In this document: positions 31,256 through 37,504 of the stretch, in pieces
Position numbering within the stretch: the stretch's first letter is position 1
How the letters are laid out: each line of letters opens with the position of its first letter
NCBI GenBank assembly: GCA_900769525.1
Contig: CAAGGY010000157.1
Span: forward strand, 1-37,504
Direction of reading: 5' to 3'
DNA: 37,504 bases
Origin: an uncultured Alistipes sp.
Lineage (GTDB): Bacteria; Bacteroidota; Bacteroidia; Bacteroidales; Rikenellaceae
The notes under the pieces: model-generated
The model's input: only the letters and a program-made list of their open reading frames with translations
The model's database searches: none
What the model was told of the DNA's origin: nothing
Made by a program: the position numbers and the translations under genes

Positions 31256-31837
31256 ATGAAGAAGCAAACAATTGATTTAGAGCAAGATATGAAACAAGCT
31301 GAGACTACTCAGGAGACTCCTGAGCAGCCAAACACCGAGGCCACAGCAGACAAAGTGGCAGACGATAAGACAACAGAGGCAGACAATGTGTCAGTCGAGC
31401 CTACTCTCGAGGAGCAGATTGCTGCGTGGCGTGACAAGTATCTCCGCCTTCAGGCCGAGTTTGACAACTTCCGCAAGCGCACCATCAAGGAGAAGATGGA
31501 GCTTGTGGAGCGTGGTTGCGAGGGTGCATGGAAATCTATCCTCCCAATCCTCGACGACATGGAGCGTGCTGTAGCCGCATCGAAGAAGAGCGAGGATATC
31601 GAGGCATTGCGCCAGGGCGAGGAGCTCGTGATGAAGAAGTTTGAGGGCGTGCTTCAAGCAGCTAACATCACCGTAATCGACTGCATCGACAAGCCATTCA
31701 ACGAGGAGGAGCAGGAGGCCGTAGCACGTTTTGCTGCGGGCGAGGATAAGCGTGGCTTGGTTATCGACTGTGTGCAGCGTGGTTATAAGCTTGGCGACCA
31801 CGTGCTTCGCTATGCTAAGGTTGTCGTTGGCGAATAA
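31256..31837 (+). CDS. grpE: Nucleotide exchange factor GrpE
   Basis: [40 protein letters not shown]. Start could also be 31235 or the next ATG downstream. Confidence 0.95.
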   Translation: MKKQTIDLEQDMKQAETTQETPEQPNTEATADKVADDKTTEADNVSVEPTLEEQIAAWRDKYLRLQAEFDNFRKRTIKEKMELVERGCEGAWKSILPILDDMERAVAASKKSEDIEALRQGEELVMKKFEGVLQAANITVIDCIDKPFNEEEQEAVARFAAGEDKRGLVIDCVQRGYKLGDHVLRYAKVVVGE

Positions 31838-31848
31838 ATTATCGGATT

Positions 31849-33012
31849 ATGGCAGAGAAGAGAGATTACTATGAGGTGTTGGGCGTTGAGAAAAATGCCG
31901 ACGCCGACACAATAAAGAAGGCCTACCGCAAGGCCGCCATCAAGTATCACCCCGACAAGAACCCTGGCGACAAGGAGGCTGAGGAGAAGTTCAAGGAGGC
32001 TGCCGAGGCCTACGACGTGCTATCGAACGACGATAAGCGTGCTCGCTACGACCGCTTTGGCCACGCAGGCATGGGTGGCGCAGCAGGTGGCGGCGGATTC
32101 TCAGGATTCTCAGGCGGTGGCTTCTCAATGGAGGATATCTTCGAGCAGTTTGGCGACATCTTCGGTGGCTTCGGTGGTGGAGGCTTCGGTGGTGGTCGTT
32201 CATCACGTAGCCGCACGGTGAATCGTGGTAGCGACATTCGCATCACCGTCAAGCTCAACTTGCAGGAGATTGCAGAGGGAGTAACCAAGAAGCTCAAGAT
32301 TAATAAGACCGTAGCGTGTGAGCAGTGCGGTGGCACGGGAGCTAAGGACTCATCGTCGTATGCTACCTGCTCGCAGTGTAACGGCTCAGGATATATCATC
32401 TCGGTACAGAACTCGTTCTTTGGTCGAATGCAGACTCAGAGCGTCTGTCCTAACTGTGGTGGTAGTGGCCGCACAATCACTGAGAAGTGCTCGAAGTGTG
32501 GTGGCAATGGCACAGAGCGTGGCCAGGAGATTATCGAGGTTAAGATTCCTGCTGGCGTTGGCGACGGTATGGTGCTCACAGTGCGTGGTAAGGGTAACGC
32601 CGCACGTGGTGGTGGCGTAAGTGGCGACCTTCTTGTCGTTATCGAGGAGGAGCACAATCCACTCCTTGTACGTGATGGTAACGACCTGATTCACAACATG
32701 AACATCACTGTTACCACAGCCATCCTCGGTGGCGAGGTGGAGGTGCCAACAATCGATGGCAAGGCTCGCATCAAGATTTCGGCAGGTACACATGCCGGCA
32801 AGGTGTTGCGCCTTCGTGGCAAGGGTCTGCCCGATGTGAATGGCTATGGCCGTGGCGATATTATGGTTGTCGTCGACATCACCATCCCTGACGAGCTAAC
32901 CAAGGAGGAGCGCAACCTCGTGGAGAAGCTCTCGGAGCAGCCTAACTTCAAGCAGGCTTCGGGTGTCGAGAACCAGAATATCTTTGAACGAATGAAGAAC
33001 TTCTTCAGATAG
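31849..33012 (+). CDS. dnaJ: Chaperone DnaJ
   Basis: J domain with HPD, G/F region, four CxxCxGxG repeats. Confidence 0.98.
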   Translation: MAEKRDYYEVLGVEKNADADTIKKAYRKAAIKYHPDKNPGDKEAEEKFKEAAEAYDVLSNDDKRARYDRFGHAGMGGAAGGGGFSGFSGGGFSMEDIFEQFGDIFGGFGGGGFGGGRSSRSRTVNRGSDIRITVKLNLQEIAEGVTKKLKINKTVACEQCGGTGAKDSSSYATCSQCNGSGYIISVQNSFFGRMQTQSVCPNCGGSGRTITEKCSKCGGNGTERGQEIIEVKIPAGVGDGMVLTVRGKGNAARGGGVSGDLLVVIEEEHNPLLVRDGNDLIHNMNITVTTAILGGEVEVPTIDGKARIKISAGTHAGKVLRLRGKGLPDVNGYGRGDIMVVVDITIPDELTKEERNLVEKLSEQPNFKQASGVENQNIFERMKNFFR

Positions 33013-33022
33013 AAAATAGAGT

Positions 33023-33529
33023 ATGTCGATATTTCGTCCACATAAGACAAAGCCTCGTCAGTTCAACTACATACCTCGCTACTACGACCCCGTTCTCAAC
33101 GAGCGTAACGAGCGACGTAAGCAGCTGCACGGCACATCGAGTGAGAGTAGCAACGAGGAGTACTCGCCTGGTAAGTATATCCGCACTCAGCGCGAGGCAC
33201 GTGATGCCTCACGTGAGTCGGAGCGTGGTGCTGGCCTTAGCAAGCTCCGTGGCATGGTGATTATTGCGATAGTCATCGGCCTCGGCATGTTGTGGCTACT
33301 ACCTCGCATCATGGACTTTGTCATCAAGGCTGACGCCGAGAAGCGTGGCGAGAGCGTGGCAAAGAGCTCCGATGCAGAGAACGAGATATACCCGTTGGAG
33401 TTTGTCATCAACGAGAGTATCGACATAGCAAACGAGGAGGGTATCGAGACACTTAACGACGATGTACTCAAGGAGATTGAGGAGAACGAGTGGCGTCGTA
33501 AGCGTATAACCATCGTACCCAACAACTAA
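33023..33529 (+). CDS. Hypothetical single-pass membrane protein
   Basis: N-terminal KPRQFNYIPRYYDP, one TM helix, acidic tail; tightly packed in the operon. Confidence 0.75.
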   Translation: MSIFRPHKTKPRQFNYIPRYYDPVLNERNERRKQLHGTSSESSNEEYSPGKYIRTQREARDASRESERGAGLSKLRGMVIIAIVIGLGMLWLLPRIMDFVIKADAEKRGESVAKSSDAENEIYPLEFVINESIDIANEEGIETLNDDVLKEIEENEWRRKRITIVPNN

Positions 33530-33539
33530 GTACGAATAG

Positions 33540-35462
33540 ATGAACCGCATAAAACTTCTACCCGAGATTGTAGCCAACCAGATTGCTGCTGGTGAGGTTG
33601 TCAACGCACCATCGAACGTCGTCAAAGAGATGATGGAGAATTCGATTGATGCAGGGGCGAAGTGTGTCAAGGTGAACTTCCGCAACGGCGGCAAGGAGCT
33701 TATCCAGATTATCGACGACGGATGTGGAATGTCGGCCATAGACGCCCGCATGGCCTTCGACCGCCACGCCACAAGCAAGATTCAGTCGATTGAGGATGTC
33801 TACCAGCTCCACACCTTTGGCTTTCGTGGCGAGGCTCTCGCCTCGATTGCTGCTGTCTCGGAGGTTGAGCTACGCACACGTCAGGAGAGTGATGAGGTGG
33901 GCACCTCAACACTCATTAGTGGCGGTGAGTTCCGCTCGCAGACACCTGTGTCGTGCGCTAAGGGTTCACAGTTTTTGGTGCGTAACATCTTCTACAACGT
34001 ACCCTCACGCCGCAAGTTTATCGACGGCGACAACTCACGCCTTGCCTCACAGATAAAGCAGGAGTTTATGCGTGTGGCGTTGTGTAACCCCGAGGTAGAG
34101 TTTGAACTTCGTCAGAACGATGCACTTCTCTATGCTCTAAAACCTACGAATCGCAGAGGTCGCATTATAGACATCGTCGGCAAGCATATCAAGAGCAACC
34201 TTTTGGATGTTGAGGTCGACACCTCGGTTGTTCGCATCGAGGGTTTTGTTGGTCGTCCTGCTGCTGCCAAGAAGCGCAACAACGAGCAGTTTTTGTTTGT
34301 CAACGGCAGATACTTCTACTCGCAGACAATGCAGCGAAGCATTATCCGCGCCTACGAGAAACTTATACCTGAGGGATGTATGCCCTCATACTTTATATAT
34401 ATAACGGTAGACCCTGAGCGTGTGGATGTCAACGTGCACCCTCAGAAGACCACCGTAAAGTTTGCTGACACGGAGGTTATCATACAGATACTCCAGGCAG
34501 CAATACGTGAGACGCTGGCAAAGACGGGCGCTGTGCCACTTATGGACTTCTCGGACGAGTCACGCCTCGAGATTCCGTCGATGTCGCACCAACAGGCCAT
34601 CTATCACGAGCCACGCATAGGCAGCAACAGCGATTACAACCCCTTCAAGGAGGAGTATATCGACCCTACGGCAACAATGCCCGACATCCCATTCACAGGC
34701 TTCGACGTACCCTACGACGGCCTTGAGCAGCGTAGCCAGAGGCCAAGCACAAAGCTTGTAAGCGACATGGACGAGTGCTACACGATGGTTAGCTCCGGCT
34801 CTGAGCCATCGAGTGTGATGGAGTATATCGACGAGGAGGGCGAGCAGACATCGTTCGACTACGTTGAGTCACAGATGCAGGTCGACGAAGCTACTTTTAC
34901 AGATGTTATGGTCATAGGCGGAGGCTATGCCATAGCTATCTATGGTGGTCGCTGCGTAGTTCTTAGTCTACGCCGTGCTCGTGAGCGCATACTCTTCGAG
35001 GATATCATCACCTCGACAATATCTGGTGCTGTGCCAACTCAACGTATGTTCTTTGCCGAGGAGCTTGTGCTCTCGGAGCAGGAGTACAACCTTATGGAGA
35101 GCCACGCCACCGAGTTCGCAGCCTTAGGCTTTGAGGTCGAGTATTGCGAAAATAACCGCATAGCTATCACTGGCCGTCCTGCGCTTGTCGATAGCAACAC
35201 ACCTCTCGATGAGCTTATCTACGAACTACTACACGGCATCGAGGATGGTACTATGCCTATCATGGAGGAGCGCCGTCGCCTTGCCGAACTTATGGCACGC
35301 CGTGCAAGTGCGGGCTATGGCCGTAATGTGCGCACAGCAGATGCAGAGGAGCTGTTGGCCTCGCTCCTAAAGTGCGAAAACCGCAGCTTCACACCATCGG
35401 GAGCGCCTATCATGGCGGAGCTTACCGCAGATGAGCTTCGTGCAAAACTTGCGAAATACTAA
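33540..35462 (+). CDS. mutL: DNA mismatch repair protein MutL
   Basis: NQIAAGEVV, ENSIDAGA, RHATSKI, GFRGEALASI, DVNVHPQK. Confidence 0.96.
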   Translation: MNRIKLLPEIVANQIAAGEVVNAPSNVVKEMMENSIDAGAKCVKVNFRNGGKELIQIIDDGCGMSAIDARMAFDRHATSKIQSIEDVYQLHTFGFRGEALASIAAVSEVELRTRQESDEVGTSTLISGGEFRSQTPVSCAKGSQFLVRNIFYNVPSRRKFIDGDNSRLASQIKQEFMRVALCNPEVEFELRQNDALLYALKPTNRRGRIIDIVGKHIKSNLLDVEVDTSVVRIEGFVGRPAAAKKRNNEQFLFVNGRYFYSQTMQRSIIRAYEKLIPEGCMPSYFIYITVDPERVDVNVHPQKTTVKFADTEVIIQILQAAIRETLAKTGAVPLMDFSDESRLEIPSMSHQQAIYHEPRIGSNSDYNPFKEEYIDPTATMPDIPFTGFDVPYDGLEQRSQRPSTKLVSDMDECYTMVSSGSEPSSVMEYIDEEGEQTSFDYVESQMQVDEATFTDVMVIGGGYAIAIYGGRCVVLSLRRARERILFEDIITSTISGAVPTQRMFFAEELVLSEQEYNLMESHATEFAALGFEVEYCENNRIAITGRPALVDSNTPLDELIYELLHGIEDGTMPIMEERRRLAELMARRASAGYGRNVRTADAEELLASLLKCENRSFTPSGAPIMAELTADELRAKLAKY

Positions 35463-35479
35463 TTGCAAATAACCAAACA

Positions 35480-36136
35480 ATGAGAATCGAAAGATATCAA
35501 TCATTTGCACCACCAGCTGTGCTTAACCTACTCATTGCCAACTTCATAGTCTATATGGCAATGATGCTTTTGGATGAGAACCGTATTTACGAGCTATTTG
35601 CACTCTTTCCCGTGAAGAGTCCCTGGTTCGAGATATGGCAGCCACTCACATATATGTTTATGCACGGCAACTTCTCGCACCTCTTTTTCAATATGTTCGC
35701 CCTGTGGACATTTGGACGAGGTCTTGAGCAGGAGATGGGCACAAAGCGCTTCTTAATCTACTACTTCGTGTGTGGTATCGGTGCTGCCCTTGTGCAGCTT
35801 GGCACCGCAGAGCTCGACCTACTGCGAATGCCATTTATGTCGCTTGCCTATCAGCAGTATCTATGGACACCTACCGTGGGTGCTTCGGGTGCGGTGTTTG
35901 GTCTGTTGTTGGCCTTTGGCATGCTCCATCCCAACGCTACAATCATGCTCCTTATTCCACCAATACCGCTTAAGGCTAAGTGGTTTGTAGTAATCTACGG
36001 CCTTATCGAGCTTATATTTGGTGTTACGGGAAGCTTCGACAGTGTTGCCCACTATGCCCACCTCGGCGGTATGTTCTGGGGCTGGCTACTACTTATGTGG
36101 TGGAGACGTCAGGATAGAAAGAGATTTGGATACTAA
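35480..36136 (+). CDS. Rhomboid family intramembrane serine protease
   Basis: TYMFMH, HLFFNM, GASG, AHLGG. Confidence 0.94.
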   Translation: MRIERYQSFAPPAVLNLLIANFIVYMAMMLLDENRIYELFALFPVKSPWFEIWQPLTYMFMHGNFSHLFFNMFALWTFGRGLEQEMGTKRFLIYYFVCGIGAALVQLGTAELDLLRMPFMSLAYQQYLWTPTVGASGAVFGLLLAFGMLHPNATIMLLIPPIPLKAKWFVVIYGLIELIFGVTGSFDSVAHYAHLGGMFWGWLLLMWWRRQDRKRFGY

Positions 36137-36151
36137 CTAAAACTTTACAAT

Positions 36152-37300
36152 ATGGCATCGAAAGAGAAATCGCAGTACAACGGAATATTCGGTTCTGCAA
36201 AAGGCGGAGAGAAACGAGGTTTCTTGGCCACACTCTTCAGCATCATTCTTTTGGCGATAACGCTCTCGCTGAGCCTTGCACTAATTATCGCCTACCTCAC
36301 ACCACACGTGCCACCAGCACTCTTTGGTCAGTTTACAATCGTGGGTCTCTTCACCCCGATTCTCTACTTTATGGTTGCAGTGTGCACACTCCTCTGGGTT
36401 ATCATGCGCCGCTGGATTATGGCACTTGTCTCTGCCGTACTACTCCTTCCTGGCGTCTTCTACTTTGGCGACTTCTACAATATGGCCGTCATGGTCGACA
36501 AGCAGTTGCCTGAGGATAGGAACGAGTTTACCATCGTCTCACACAACGTGCGTGGCTTCTACAACGACGATGGCAAGCGCATTGTTAGTGACTACGTAGA
36601 CTACCTCTCAAAGGGCACCTTGCCAGACATCCTCTGCATCCAAGAGTTCCCACGTGAGGCTCGTGGCATTGATAAGATTGACTCGCTCTTTGCCGACCGA
36701 TACAGGGGCACATACTACGTCTCGGAGGCTATCGAGGGCGGCGAGTATGTTGTGCGCACCTACAGCCGCTACCCGATCATCAACTCTGGTAGCGTTGCGG
36801 GCCAGGGACGAGGCACATCACACTGGTGCGACCTTGTGCTCAACCGTGACACTGTGCGTGTATTCAACAACCACCTCTACACCATGAGCATCACGCCTGA
36901 CGACAGCGAGGATATCGCTCGTGGCAAGATTTTGCAGGATGGCGATAGAATGCGTAGCATAGTAAACCGCATTGCCGACAACTCGTCGATTCGTGCCTCA
37001 CACGTCGACACGCTACGCTACATCATGGACAACACCCCATATCGTCAGGTTGTCTGTGGCGACTTCAACGACACTCCAATGTCGTACGTTTATGGCCAGC
37101 TTAGCGAGAATCTCTACGACACATTCGTTGAGAGTGGCAATGGCTATGGCTACACCTTCCGCCCTATGCGTGGTATGTTGCGTATCGACTATATCCTTCG
37201 CAGCGAGGGCCTTGAGTCGCAGAGCTACTGCGCCGACGAGAGCGTGACATTCTCCGACCACCTCCCCGTGATGGCTCGACTAAAGCTTATCAAGGAGTAG
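36152..37300 (+). CDS. Membrane-anchored endonuclease/exonuclease/phosphatase family protein
   Basis: N-terminal TM helices; HNV, CIQE, SRYPI, GDFN, IDYI, SDH. Confidence 0.9.
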   Translation: MASKEKSQYNGIFGSAKGGEKRGFLATLFSIILLAITLSLSLALIIAYLTPHVPPALFGQFTIVGLFTPILYFMVAVCTLLWVIMRRWIMALVSAVLLLPGVFYFGDFYNMAVMVDKQLPEDRNEFTIVSHNVRGFYNDDGKRIVSDYVDYLSKGTLPDILCIQEFPREARGIDKIDSLFADRYRGTYYVSEAIEGGEYVVRTYSRYPIINSGSVAGQGRGTSHWCDLVLNRDTVRVFNNHLYTMSITPDDSEDIARGKILQDGDRMRSIVNRIADNSSIRASHVDTLRYIMDNTPYRQVVCGDFNDTPMSYVYGQLSENLYDTFVESGNGYGYTFRPMRGMLRIDYILRSEGLESQSYCADESVTFSDHLPVMARLKLIKE

Positions 37301-37324
37301 CCATTAGGCTCGATAAATAAGTTT

Positions 37325-37359
37325 GGGCTGTCGAACAGAGTGTTTGGCAGCCTATTTTG
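37325..37359 (+). terminator. Probable intrinsic terminator
   Basis: GGGCTGTCGAACA/TGTTTGGCAGCCT stem then ATTTTG. Confidence 0.65.
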
Positions 37360-37446
37360 TGCAAAATAGGGGGTGTTTAAGGCTACGATTTAAGATTATT
37401 CTGCTTTTTAGGTGCTATATTTCTTGGCAGTTTGAATAATTCTTTT

Positions 37447-37454
37447 TACCTTTG
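37447..37454 (+). promoter_or_regulatory. sigmaA -7 element TACCTTTG, with CTTG 20 bp upstream
   Basis: Consensus and spacing match. Confidence 0.7.
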
Positions 37455-37488
37455 CGCGCTATTATTAACTAATTTAACTTTTGTAACA

Positions 37489-37504
37489 ATGCCAAAAATG
37501 AAAA
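37489..37504 (+). CDS. rpmI: 50S ribosomal protein L35, 5' end only (truncated by window)
   Basis: ATG CCA AAA ATG AAA = MPKMK, the typical L35 N-terminus; only five codons visible. Confidence 0.65.

Overview
Core chromosomal window from a Bacteroidota member, probably Alistipes/Rikenellaceae-like; this is inferred from the TAnnTTTG promoters, the MurF-Alr fusion and the lptD-amidase-mlaD and mutL-rhomboid-EEP synteny. It holds a RepA-like ATPase with an HTH, dnaK, a 5alpha-reductase/flavin oxidoreductase/SDR trio resembling the isoallo-bile-acid cluster, a DUF748-like gene broken by one in-frame TAA, an FKBP, the hut operon, envelope genes, mutS2, grpE-dnaJ, mutL and the start of rpmI. I saw no tRNA, rRNA, CRISPR or transposase. 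The most interesting signals are non-coding: (1) two tandem ~125-nt hairpin elements with compensatory changes at 20238-20486; (2) a sigma54-like promoter plus a GACA-N3-TGNCA motif shared by dnaK and grpE, where the grpE copies lie inside the coding sequence; (3) bipartite 10-mer repeat elements flanking dnaK; (4) paired GTTCA-N5-TGAAC palindromes around the ATPase promoter. All calls were made by eye, without database searches.
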